Positions 25,623 through 34,782 of a DNA stretch of 48,488 nt are shown in pieces. The stretch spans positions 1 to 48,488 of the forward strand of contig JAUQQM010000003.1 of assembly GCA_030549895.1 (NCBI GenBank), in the 5' to 3' direction. Numbering within the stretch: the first letter of the stretch is position 1; each line of letters starts with the position of its first letter. Position numbers and translations under genes: made by a program. The stretch is from Patescibacteria group bacterium (GTDB taxonomy: Bacteria > Patescibacteriota > Minisyncoccia > UBA6257 > HR35). The notes under the pieces were generated by a model. It saw nothing but the letters and a program-made list of their open reading frames with translations, was not told the DNA's origin and ran no database searches.

Positions 25623-28600
25623 GTTTTAACTTTTTTAACTTTTTCTTCAGTTTTAACTTCTGTACCAATTTCAACTTCAATATTAAAGCCTAATCCTTTT
25701 AATTCTTGATAAAGAACATTAAAAGCTGCTGGAACTGCGGAAATTTTTATTTTTTCACCTTTAATAATAGAATTGTAGGCTTGATTTCTACCAATAACAT
25801 CATCTGACTTTATAGTTAACATTTCTTGTAAAGTAGCACTTGATCCATAACCCTCTAAGGCCCAAACTTCCATTTCACCCAATCTTTGACCTCCGCCTCT
25901 TGCTCTACCTCCTAATGGTTGTTGAGTAATTAAACTGTATGGGCCAACGGATCTTGCATGAATCTTGTCTTCAGCCATATGAATTAATTTATACATATAC
26001 ATATAACCAACAGTAACTTTTTGATCGTATTTTAGACCAGTTTTACCATCATAAAGATCAAATTTACCATCTTCACTAAATCCTGCCTTTTTTAGTTCTT
26101 CTTTTAGTATTTCTTCACTTATTTTTGACATAACTGGTATGGTAAATGATGTATTTTTCTTTTTAGCAATCATCCCAAAATGTGTTTCAAATAACTGACC
26201 AATATTCATTCTACTTATAATACCTAGAGGATTAAGAATAACCTCAACAGGAGTACCATCAGGTAAAAATGGCATATCTTCCTCAGGAACAATTCTAGAA
26301 ATAACTCCCTTATTTCCATGTCTACCACAGAGTTTATCTCCAACCTGTATTTTCCTCAATTTTGCAATTTTAACTTTTATCCTCTTAATAACATCTGTCT
26401 CTAAAGGATCGTTTCTGTCTCTTGAAAGAATGTTTATCCCAATTACTCTTCCGTCTTTACCATGCTCTAAAACAAGAGGTGTTGGTTTTATATCTGAGAT
26501 TTTTTCACCAAAAATAGCCTTAAGAAGTCTTTCTTCTGGAGAAAGCTCCACTTCTTTTTTTGGAGTAACTTTACCAACTAAAATATCCCCTGCTTTAACA
26601 AAAGTTCCAATCTTAACAATCCCATTTTCATCTAAATTAGCTAATTTTGCTTCTGGAATTCCTGGCATATCATAAGTTACCTCTTCTGGACCGATTTTTG
26701 TCTCTTTTACATCACAATAGAAATCTTCGATAGAAATCGTTGTAAAATAATCTTCTTTGACTAATTTTTCAGAAATTATGATTGCATCTTCAAAATTAAG
26801 TCCTCCCCATGAAAGAAAAGCAACCAAGACATTTCTTCCTAAAGCAATCTCACCTTGATAAGTGCCACTAACATCAGCTAAAACCTGACCTTTCTTTATA
26901 TTCTGCCCCTTTCTTACAATTGGTTTTTGATTAATACAAACATATTGATTTGTCTGTAAGAATTTTTTAAGAAAGAAACTAAGGGTTTTACCACTTTTAG
27001 TCTTTAAAACTATTTTATTTGCATCAACTTCACTAATAGTTCCATCTTCAGGAGCAATGACTAGCCAACGAGTGTCTCGAGCTATTTTTTCTTCAAGTCC
27101 AGTTTTGACAAAGGGTGGTTCGGATCTTATGGGTGCAACTGCTTGTCTTTGCATGTTAGCTCCCATCAAAGCACGGTTAGCATCATCTTTTTCGATAAAA
27201 GGAATTAAAAGCGGAGATATTGAGAAGAGTTGATAAAGAGATACATCTATTAAAGTAACTTCTTCGGCTCTTACTGTTTTAGGTTGGCCATAAGCTCTTG
27301 CCTCAACGTAGTCTTGAACTATATAGTCATCTTCAATTTCAATTGCTCTATTAGCAATCACTTCATTTTTTTCTTTTTCAGCTGTAAGCCAAACAATTTC
27401 ATTTGTAATTTTTCTATTTTTTACCCTAAAGTAAGGGGTCTCTAAAAAACCTAATGTTTTTTGAGGCCGAGCATAAAAAGCAAGATAGGAAATCACACCC
27501 ACATTTTGACCTTCAGGTGTTTGAATAGGACAAATTCTGCCATAGTAACTTGGATGAACATCTCTAATCTCAAAACCAGCTCTTTCTTTAGATACTCCAC
27601 CAGGACCGCCAGTTGTCATCCTTCTTTTATGCTCAATTTCTGCTAAAACATTTGTTTGGTCTAAAAATTGAGATAGAGGAGAAAGAAGGAAGAATTCTAA
27701 AACAGCTGAAGTTAGGTCTTTTGGGTAAAGAATTTTTGCTGGACTTATTGCTTCTTCTCCTAAAATATTTATTTTGTCCTTCATTCTTTTTATTAATCTT
27801 GTCATTCCTAACCTGAACCTATTTTGAACAAGTTCACCAACAGATCTTACTCTTTTGTTTTCCAAAGAATCAATATCATCTCCTTTAGATTTGGGATTAT
27901 TATTAAGATTTATTATTTCTTTTACAATCTCAATAATATCTTCAAGTTCTAAAAATAAACTTGTGCTTTCTCTGTTAAGTCTTTTGTTAATTTTATATCT
28001 ACCAGGGTAGGAAAGATCATATCTTTGTTTTTCTTTAAAGGTTGTTTGAAAGAATTTTATAGCATTATCTAAAGTTGAAAGTTCTAGTGGTTTTAACTTA
28101 TGATGAATTTCTATAAGAGCTTCATTAGTATTTTGAGTGTTATCTTTTTTAAGGGTGTTCTCAATATAGCTTATTTCCGAAATATCCACATCTTCAAAAA
28201 TCTTTGTTAAAGTTTGATTATCTTCAACGCCAAAAGCTTTAAGCAAAACTGTCACGGGCACTTTCTTTCTTCTGTCTATTTTTACTGTAATTATATTATT
28301 AAGCTCAGTTTGGAACTCTAACCAAGCTCCTCTTAAAGGGATTACACTTGCGCCAAAATAATTTCTGTCCCCATATGGAATACTTGAAAAATAAACTCCT
28401 GGTGATCTTACTAACTGATTTATAATTACTCTTTCAACACCATTTAAAATAAATGTACCTCTTTCTGTCATTAAAGGAATTTCTCCAAAATAAATATCTT
28501 GAGTCTCACTTTCTCCTGTTTTAAGATTTGTCACTCTTACCTTTATTCTAAGAGGCGCTGTATAAGAAACTTCTTTTTCAAAAGCCTCTTCCTGACTTCT

Positions 28601-28798
28601 AAACGGCTCCCCTATACTGTAAGAGAGAAACTCAACTTTAAAATTCTCCTGGCTGTAGTCATATGTTGGAGTAAATTCTTCTAAGATTTCCTTGATTCCT
28701 TCAGTTAAAAACCAATTATAACTTGAAAACTGTATATCTAAAAGGTCATCGGGCAAAAAAGGGCTTATTTCCTTTATTTTTTTTTGGTCAGAAATCAT
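25619..28798 (-). CDS. rpoB: DNA-directed RNA polymerase beta subunit
   Basis: 1059 aa. GRHGNKGVIS, LGGRARGGGQRLGEMEVWAL, FGEKISD. Overlaps the rpoC start by 4 nt. Confidence 0.95.
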   Translation of the reverse strand: MISDQKKIKEISPFLPDDLLDIQFSSYNWFLTEGIKEILEEFTPTYDYSQENFKVEFLSYSIGEPFRSQEEAFEKEVSYTAPLRIKVRVTNLKTGESETQDIYFGEIPLMTERGTFILNGVERVIINQLVRSPGVYFSSIPYGDRNYFGASVIPLRGAWLEFQTELNNIITVKIDRRKKVPVTVLLKAFGVEDNQTLTKIFEDVDISEISYIENTLKKDNTQNTNEALIEIHHKLKPLELSTLDNAIKFFQTTFKEKQRYDLSYPGRYKINKRLNRESTSLFLELEDIIEIVKEIINLNNNPKSKGDDIDSLENKRVRSVGELVQNRFRLGMTRLIKRMKDKINILGEEAISPAKILYPKDLTSAVLEFFLLSPLSQFLDQTNVLAEIEHKRRMTTGGPGGVSKERAGFEIRDVHPSYYGRICPIQTPEGQNVGVISYLAFYARPQKTLGFLETPYFRVKNRKITNEIVWLTAEKEKNEVIANRAIEIEDDYIVQDYVEARAYGQPKTVRAEEVTLIDVSLYQLFSISPLLIPFIEKDDANRALMGANMQRQAVAPIRSEPPFVKTGLEEKIARDTRWLVIAPEDGTISEVDANKIVLKTKSGKTLSFFLKKFLQTNQYVCINQKPIVRKGQNIKKGQVLADVSGTYQGEIALGRNVLVAFLSWGGLNFEDAIIISEKLVKEDYFTTISIEDFYCDVKETKIGPEEVTYDMPGIPEAKLANLDENGIVKIGTFVKAGDILVGKVTPKKEVELSPEERLLKAIFGEKISDIKPTPLVLEHGKDGRVIGINILSRDRNDPLETDVIKRIKVKIAKLRKIQVGDKLCGRHGNKGVISRIVPEEDMPFLPDGTPVEVILNPLGIISRMNIGQLFETHFGMIAKKKNTSFTIPVMSKISEEILKEELKKAGFSEDGKFDLYDGKTGLKYDQKVTVGYMYMYKLIHMAEDKIHARSVGPYSLITQQPLGGRARGGGQRLGEMEVWALEGYGSSATLQEMLTIKSDDVIGRNQAYNSIIKGEKIKISAVPAAFNVLYQELKGLGFNIEVEIGTEVKTEEKVKKVKT

Positions 28799-28877
28799 AA
28801 AATAAGGGCCTTTTTATTTATTTTTGCCCCCTTTTTTTAAAAATAAAACATAAATAGGGAAATTAAATTATACTTAA

Positions 28878-28905
28878 ATTATATTCAAATATTTACTTTT
28901 GTCAA
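28878..28905 (-). promoter_or_regulatory. consensus promoter TTGACA-16 nt-TATAAT for rpoBC (about 75-80 nt leader)
   Basis: Minus strand: TTGACA (28900-28905), AAAGTAAATATTTGAA, TATAAT (28878-28883). Confidence 0.55.
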
Positions 28906-28913
28906 GTTTAAAA

Positions 28914-30971
28914 TTAGCCTAAAAGGATTTTGCCTTTTTTTTGAAAGACTTCAAAAAATTCTGGAAAACTTTTAAGACTGCTGTCTTTTTCCAAAATTTC
29001 AAGAGCAGCTTTTCTTGCTACCTCCATTAATTCTTTATCATTTAAACCTTCAATAACAATATCAGGAAGACCTGACTGAGATTTGCCAAAAAATTCTCCT
29101 GGACCTCTTAATTTAAGATCAATTTCAGCTAGTTCAAAACCATTATTTACAGTTTTTATTGCTTTTAGTCTCTGATAAGAAGATTTTGTAAGTTTTTCTA
29201 CAAAAAGAAAAGCAAAACTTTCTAGACCTTCTCGAGAAAGTCTTCCTATCATCTGATAAAGCTGAGCCAAACCAAATCTTTCTGAATTTTCAATTATCAT
29301 TAAATTAAGTTTTGGCAAATTAACGCCTACCTCTAAAACAGAAGAAGAAACAAGAATTTGAATCTTACCTTCAATCATATCTTTTATTACATTTTCTTTT
29401 TCTTCGGCTTTCATTTTACCATATAAAATCCCCACAGAAAAATCTTTAAAAATCTCTTTTATCTTTTTGTACTCACTTTTTACAGCCCTTAATTCTTTTC
29501 CTTCTTCAACGCGAGGGCAAATAACAACAAGTTGAAAACCATCTCTAAGTTTTTTCTCTACTAAACTATAAACTTTTTTCCTTTGATCAGGGCCAATAAT
29601 AAAGATTTTTACTAAAAAGGGATATGGTCTTTGTTTTAAAAGCGAGACATCAAGATTACCATAAAGAATAAGAGCTATTGTTCGGGGAATGGGTGTGGCT
29701 GTCAAGGAGAGAAAATGAGGAAATATCTCTGGATGATCTGCTTTTTCAATTAATTTTACTCTTTGCTCAACACCAAATCTTTGTTGTTCATCAACTATAA
29801 TTAAGCCAATTTTTTTAAATCTTATATCCTCGCCTATTAGGGCATGAGTTCCAATAATGATGTCAATTTTTTTCATAACTACATTTTCTAAAAACTTCTT
29901 TCTTGAAATCTTTGTCCAAGCATTACCAAAGCCAAATAAAGTTTCTTTTGAAGAAATAAAACCAATTACAAGGTTAAATTTTGAAAATCTTGAAAGAAAA
30001 TTCAAAAAATGTTGTTTGGCTAAAATTTCAGTTGGAGCCATAAAAACAACTTGATATCCATTTAAAGCAACATTTAAAGCTGCCATTTGACTTAAAATAG
30101 TTTTACCTGTACCAACATCGCCCTGTAAAAGTCTTCCCATAGGTTTTGTCTGAGAAAGATCTTTTTTGATTTCCTCCCAAGCTTTTTTTTGATCATCAGT
30201 AAGATCAAAATCTAAAATTTCTTTTGTTTTTTCTTCAAATATTTTTATTTGAGGAGCTGTCTTTTTTTCTAGGATTTTTTCTTCTTTTAAAATCTTAAGA
30301 TGAAAAATTAAAAGATCTTGAAAAATAAATCTTTTCTTACTCTTACTTATGTCCTCTTCATTTTCGGGAAAATGAATTTTCTTTATTGCCTCAGAAAGAG
30401 AAATTAGATTAAATTTTGAAATTATAAAATCTGGTAAAAACTCTTTAACTTCACTCCAGTTAAGGTTATTTAACACCTCAAAGATTATCTTTCTTATAAA
30501 TTTTGTCTTCAAGTTTCCTATACTTCTGTAAACTGGAACAATTCTGGCAACATGGAGATTAAATTTTTCTTTTAATTGTGTCTGAAGAGGAGACAAATGA
30601 AGACCAAAGCTATTTTTAACAACTTTGCCAGCAATTATTATTTCTTTATCCTTAAAAGAAGTTACATATCTTTGTCCAAACCAGATAACTCTAATTGAAC
30701 CACTCTCATCAGTAAGAAGTCCTTCAACTACAAAAAGTTTCTTTTTACCTATCCTATAAGCTTTAACAGTCTTTAAAACTCCATAGACAGTGGCAATTTC
30801 TCCTAATTTTAATTCATTTATTTTTTTTACTTTACTAAAATCATCGTATCTGAAAGGAAAATAATAAATAAGATCTTCCACTTTAGAAATCCCCTCGTCA
30901 GAGAAAATTTGAAATATTTTCGGACCAACTCCTTTTACAAATTGAATTGAAGTACCTAAAGAATACTTCAT
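28914..30971 (-). CDS. recG: ATP-dependent DNA helicase RecG
   Basis: 685 aa. N-terminal wedge/OB region, helicase motif I GDVGTGKT, APTEILAKQH, DEQQRFGV, SLTATPIPRT, RGPGEF. Confidence 0.9.
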   Translation of the reverse strand: MKYSLGTSIQFVKGVGPKIFQIFSDEGISKVEDLIYYFPFRYDDFSKVKKINELKLGEIATVYGVLKTVKAYRIGKKKLFVVEGLLTDESGSIRVIWFGQRYVTSFKDKEIIIAGKVVKNSFGLHLSPLQTQLKEKFNLHVARIVPVYRSIGNLKTKFIRKIIFEVLNNLNWSEVKEFLPDFIISKFNLISLSEAIKKIHFPENEEDISKSKKRFIFQDLLIFHLKILKEEKILEKKTAPQIKIFEEKTKEILDFDLTDDQKKAWEEIKKDLSQTKPMGRLLQGDVGTGKTILSQMAALNVALNGYQVVFMAPTEILAKQHFLNFLSRFSKFNLVIGFISSKETLFGFGNAWTKISRKKFLENVVMKKIDIIIGTHALIGEDIRFKKIGLIIVDEQQRFGVEQRVKLIEKADHPEIFPHFLSLTATPIPRTIALILYGNLDVSLLKQRPYPFLVKIFIIGPDQRKKVYSLVEKKLRDGFQLVVICPRVEEGKELRAVKSEYKKIKEIFKDFSVGILYGKMKAEEKENVIKDMIEGKIQILVSSSVLEVGVNLPKLNLMIIENSERFGLAQLYQMIGRLSREGLESFAFLFVEKLTKSSYQRLKAIKTVNNGFELAEIDLKLRGPGEFFGKSQSGLPDIVIEGLNDKELMEVARKAALEILEKDSSLKSFPEFFEVFQKKGKILLG

Positions 30972-31633
30972 AAGTTAAATTTCATAATCTCGAGGTTAAG
31001 ATTTGAAGAAATGTTTTTCTCAAATCTTTTTGGATTTTCATTAATAAACCAAAGATAAAATTTTTCGTCTTTAAGAAATTTTCCAAAGCCATTATTTTCT
31101 ATTATATTTAAAGCTAAATTAATTTCAAAAAGAGTGTAATTTAAATCTTTAACAATAAAAGGATTAATAATAAAACCTGGGGGTAGTGATTTTTCTTTAG
31201 AAAAATCAAACCCAGGAAGACCGCATATCCAAATGCCAAGAGCATTATGAAAATGCTTTGGTCTTTTAAGATTTATCTTTCCAAGAAATTCCTTTCCATA
31301 AGTTTTAGCTAAATCTTTTGTAAATTTTTCAGCAAATTCATCTGGATTTTCTTCTAGATTATTTTCTTTTATAAAAAAGTTAATAGCACCACATTCTTGA
31401 TGAAAATAAATACCATCAAAAAGATCCCAATTAATTAGGTTTTTATCCTTTACAAGTACGCCAGAACCAGCAAGATGAAGACCTCCAGGTGTGCCTTCAT
31501 CTATACACCTTAGGTTTCTGTCATTCAAAAATAAAATATCTTTCTTTTTTTCGAGAATTGCTTGAAGTTTTTGCTTCTCAACAAGTTTTGAAAGGGATCT
31601 AAACTCTTTTTCAAATTTTTCAATTTTTTCCAT
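30968..31633 (-). CDS. hypothetical protein with C-x-D ... H-x-x-C-G motif pair
   Basis: 221 aa. RCIDEGTPGGLHLAGSG and YFHQECGA. No family recognised with confidence. 4-nt overlap with the recG start. Confidence 0.6.
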   Translation of the reverse strand: MEKIEKFEKEFRSLSKLVEKQKLQAILEKKKDILFLNDRNLRCIDEGTPGGLHLAGSGVLVKDKNLINWDLFDGIYFHQECGAINFFIKENNLEENPDEFAEKFTKDLAKTYGKEFLGKINLKRPKHFHNALGIWICGLPGFDFSKEKSLPPGFIINPFIVKDLNYTLFEINLALNIIENNGFGKFLKDEKFYLWFINENPKRFEKNISSNLNLEIMKFNL

Positions 31634-31642
31634 AAATAAAAA

Positions 31643-31963
31643 TTATACCTCTGAAAGTTCTTTAAGAACTTTTTCTAGTTCTTCTTGAAAAATTTTTAAA
31701 ATATTAGAATCTTTCAAAAAAAGAATTTTCTCAACAAGAAGATTAAAGATGATTTTCTTTTGTGATTCCTCGCTTAAATTATTCTTAATTATTTCATTTT
31801 CCTTAAAACTTGACACTTCTTCTAAAATTCTCTCTAGTGGATTTGGCTGGTTTAATTCTTGAAGCCTTTTTTCCACTCTTTCTCCTAAAATTTCAAAAAA
31901 TTTCTCTAATTCCTCTTTATCAAGACTTTCTATAATTTCTTTTAATTCTTCTAAATTTAACAT
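31643..31963 (-). CDS. hypothetical acidic helical protein
   Basis: 106 aa with E/K/L-rich, coiled-coil-like composition. No recognisable motif. Confidence 0.45.
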   Translation of the reverse strand: MLNLEELKEIIESLDKEELEKFFEILGERVEKRLQELNQPNPLERILEEVSSFKENEIIKNNLSEESQKKIIFNLLVEKILFLKDSNILKIFQEELEKVLKELSEV

Positions 31964-31967
31964 TTTT

Positions 31968-32333
31968 TTATTCTTTAGCTTTAACTATACTCTCGAAAAT
32001 ATGTCTATATAATTTATAGCCCAAATCAAGTACTTTACTAGCTCCAAGATAAAATAGTACTCCTAAAAATGAAAGAAAACCTTTTAATCTTTTAACTGTT
32101 AAGCTTTCTTCTCTTTCTTGACTTTTTTGATCTTCTTGATCTTCTTTTTTAATTAATCCTTTTAATCTCTTTTTTATTGATTCAATTATTTTACTTTTTT
32201 GTTTCTTTTTACCATCTTCTTTCTTTTCGGTAGTACCTCCAGCGGCTTCTAGCGTTTTTGATTGTTCTTTTTCAACTTTTTTGGAAATATTTTCGGTGTT
32301 TTTGCTAAAGTTTTTGGATTCCATCCCCTCCAT
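31968..32333 (-). CDS. hypothetical protein: charged low-complexity N-terminus plus one C-terminal TM helix
   Basis: 121 aa. K/E/Q-rich first 85 residues, then GFLSFLGVLFYLGASKVL. Starts 14 nt after the tmRNA 3' end. Confidence 0.45.
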   Translation of the reverse strand: MEGMESKNFSKNTENISKKVEKEQSKTLEAAGGTTEKKEDGKKKQKSKIIESIKKRLKGLIKKEDQEDQKSQEREESLTVKRLKGFLSFLGVLFYLGASKVLDLGYKLYRHIFESIVKAKE

Positions 32334-32346
32334 AATATTTTATTTG

Positions 32347-32652
32347 TGGAGGTGGCGGGAATTGAACCCGCGTCCAGGAAAAGTAGGTTAAAAATTCTAC
32401 GGGCGTAGTGAGTTTGGATACTTTTACAGGTGAAAAACTCACAAAACCCTGTAAAAGTTTACGGTTGGAAGTTTTAGCAAAACTGAGCGCCGTAAAACCA
32501 CTCAGTTTTGCTTGCAAGGAATTTAAAAAATTCCTTGCCTTGAAAATTTTTTTAAGTTAAGCGTAGACGGCAGTTTCTTAAGCCACTTTGAAGGCGTGGC
32601 GACCTTCCCGCCTTTTTAACCTATACTTTTCCTGTCGAATCCTTTCACCCCC
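32347..32652 (-). ncRNA. ssrA: tmRNA (transfer-messenger RNA)
   Basis: 5' end is GGGGGTGAAAGGATTCGACAGG. 3' end is GGACGCGGGTTCAATTCCCGCCACCTCCA. The acceptor stem has a G3-U70 wobble. P2 helix is CAGGAAAAGTA.AGGTTAAAAA / TTTTTAACCTACTTTTCCTG. PK1 is GGCGGGAAGGTCGCCACGCCTTC. About 306 nt. Confidence 0.9.
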
Positions 32653-32660
32653 TTTTTAGT

Positions 32661-32972
32661 TACTGAGGTGGCCCATAAGCCGGCTTCTGTTTATGAGACT
32701 ATAACTCTGGGTTAAAAATTACTTTTTAACTCAAGCGGCTCGTAGCTTAAAAGCTACACGGCCTTGCACCCAAGAGCTAGGAACCAAAAGCTTTAGGTCA
32801 CCCTAAAGCTTTCATCTAATAACCAAGAAAAGATTTTCTTGGCTATTAGATACGTTTCACTTTACTTCGTCTCTGTGGTCCCTAGAAAAAATTACTTTTT
32901 TCTGGCTTTCGCCAGCTCCAAATGGGTGGCCGGACTTTCCTCCCTTTAAAGGGCAGTCTCTTGGGCCACCTC
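32661..32972 (-). ncRNA. rnpB: RNase P RNA (bacterial type A-like, compact)
   Basis: P1 is GAGGTGGCCC / GGGCCACCTC. P4 strands are GGGAGGAAAGTCCGGCC and ACAGAAGCCGGCTTAT. Also GGGTGCAAGGCCGTGTAGC. About 310 nt. Confidence 0.85.
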
Positions 32973-32978
32973 TTATTA

Positions 32979-32987
32979 ATTATATCA
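32979..32987 (-). promoter_or_regulatory. extended -10 TGATATAAT, 6 nt upstream of the RNase P RNA 5' end
   Basis: The plus strand reads ATTATATCA. The predicted start coincides with the first G of the P1 helix (32972). Confidence 0.5.
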
Positions 32988-32998
32988 TTATTTTTAAT

Positions 32999-34252
32999 TC
33001 AGTCAAAATTTTCAATTAATTTTCTTATAGTTTTACTTTCAACTTGTCCTATCAAACTTAAAGAGAGTCTTTCTTTTCTAAAAACTTCTCTTGCTAAGTT
33101 AATTAAGTCTTGTTTTTTAATCTTCTTAATTCTTTTTATTATCTGGGTTGGTTCTTCTATTTTACCTTTTAAAAATTTACTTAAACCATAAAATCTAGCA
33201 AGATCATCTGAAGTTTCCAAACTTAAATAAAATCTTCCTATAAAATTTGAAATAGCCCTTTCAAGTTCTTCATCAGATATTTTTACTTTTGTTTCTTTAT
33301 AGACATTCAAAATTTCATTTAAAGCCTCAAGAAAAAGTTCATTTTTAAGACCAGCAAAGGTAGCAATAAATCCATGATCAGAAAGTCCTTCATTTTCGGT
33401 TCTTATATAATAAGCAGCGCCCATCTTTTCTCTTATTTTTTCAAACATTCTTGAGCTCATCATTCCACCTATAAGGTTTGCAAGAATTTCTAATTTCTCA
33501 AATCTTAAATCATTTAAAGGAAAACCTAAAAATCCAACACCAACATGAATCTGATTTGTTTGTTTTTTATGAATTATAAAGTTTGGGAGCTTTGGTTCCT
33601 TAAAAACACTTTTTAAAGATCTTTCTCCTTGTCTTACTTTTGAAAATTTTTCTATAACAAAATCTATGCTTTTATTTTTTATATTACCAGCAACTACAAC
33701 TAAAATATTTGGAGCAGTGTAAATCTTTGAATAAAACTTCAAAATATCTTTTCTTTTTATTTTTTTAATATTTTTTTCGCTACCACTTATTAACCAACCA
33801 GCTGGCTGATCTCCGTAGAGTGCTTTTAAAAATAAATCTTGAATATATCTTGCAGGAGTATCTTTGTACAAATTTATTTCTTCTATAACAACTCCTTTTT
33901 CTTTTTCTATTTCGCTTTCTGGAAAAATTGGGTTAATTAAAATATCGCTTACAAGAAAGACAACTTTAGGAAAATTTTCAAAACTTGATTTTGCATAATA
34001 ACCTATATATTGATAAGAAGTAAAAGCATTATAATCAATCCCTATCTTATCAAATTCTGAAAGTAGCTCTTGATAGCTAGGAAAGTTTTTTGTTCCTTTA
34101 AAACATAAATGCTCTAAAAAATGGGAAATACCATTATTTTCTTTATTTTCATACTCAGTACCTCCCCTTACTAAAACGAGGATTGTTACTGTGGGAATAT
34201 CTTTTTTTATAAAAAGAAAATTTAACTTGTTCTTAGTTTTTTCTATAACCAT
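32999..34252 (-). CDS. M16 family zinc peptidase (pitrilysin/insulinase-like)
   Basis: 417 aa. Inverted zinc motif HFLEH in GISHFLEHLCFKGT, with downstream E in the EYENKE/EIEKEKGVVIEEI region. Confidence 0.8.
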   Translation of the reverse strand: MVIEKTKNKLNFLFIKKDIPTVTILVLVRGGTEYENKENNGISHFLEHLCFKGTKNFPSYQELLSEFDKIGIDYNAFTSYQYIGYYAKSSFENFPKVVFLVSDILINPIFPESEIEKEKGVVIEEINLYKDTPARYIQDLFLKALYGDQPAGWLISGSEKNIKKIKRKDILKFYSKIYTAPNILVVVAGNIKNKSIDFVIEKFSKVRQGERSLKSVFKEPKLPNFIIHKKQTNQIHVGVGFLGFPLNDLRFEKLEILANLIGGMMSSRMFEKIREKMGAAYYIRTENEGLSDHGFIATFAGLKNELFLEALNEILNVYKETKVKISDEELERAISNFIGRFYLSLETSDDLARFYGLSKFLKGKIEEPTQIIKRIKKIKKQDLINLAREVFRKERLSLSLIGQVESKTIRKLIENFD

Positions 34253-34255
34253 AAT

Positions 34256-34780
34256 TTATCTTGAATAAAGACCATAAAATTCTCCTTCAGCTATAATTTT
34301 GTCTTTTAAAGAAGAAAGGACTTCTTCTTTTTTACTTCCACTAGGTAAATTAAGATAAGAATTTATAGCGTAAAGTTTAAAGTAATATCGATGAGCTTTA
34401 CCTGGTGGGGGGCAAGGACCACCATAATTTATTTTGCCAAAATCATTTAAGCCCTCCCGTGGAGCTTTAAAACCTTCTTCTATAAAATTTTTTGGCTCAA
34501 TATTCCAAGCTAACCAGTGCAGAAAAAGACCTTGAGGAGCATCATAATCTTGAACTAAAATAACTAAACTTTTGGTTGTTGGTGGTAAATTATCTATATA
34601 AATTGGTGGACTTAAATCAAGACCATCACAAGTATATTTCTGAGGAATAAATTCTCCATTTTTAAAAACTGATCTTGCATTTAGAGTTTGTAATTCCTTT
34701 TGCTTTATTTTTTTTAAAAAAATACTTCCTCCAGTAATTATAAGTAAAAGAACTAGCACAAATAAAATTTTAAGCTTCAT
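34256..34780 (-). CDS. YbhB/YbcL family (PEBP, Raf kinase inhibitor-like) protein with signal peptide
   Basis: 174 aa. CDGLDLSPP, LVQDYDAP, FLHWLAWNI, YGGPCPPPGKAHRYYFKLYA. Confidence 0.8.
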   Translation of the reverse strand: MKLKILFVLVLLLIITGGSIFLKKIKQKELQTLNARSVFKNGEFIPQKYTCDGLDLSPPIYIDNLPPTTKSLVILVQDYDAPQGLFLHWLAWNIEPKNFIEEGFKAPREGLNDFGKINYGGPCPPPGKAHRYYFKLYAINSYLNLPSGSKKEEVLSSLKDKIIAEGEFYGLYSR

Positions 34781-34782
34781 AA

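Noticed and set aside
32305-33191. ORFs 32305-32517 (-) and 32922-33191 (+).
   Set aside because: They overlap the tmRNA and RNase P RNA genes respectively. Those RNA assignments are supported by conserved helices P1, P2, P4 and PK1. The second ORF is also antisense to the M16 peptidase 3' end.
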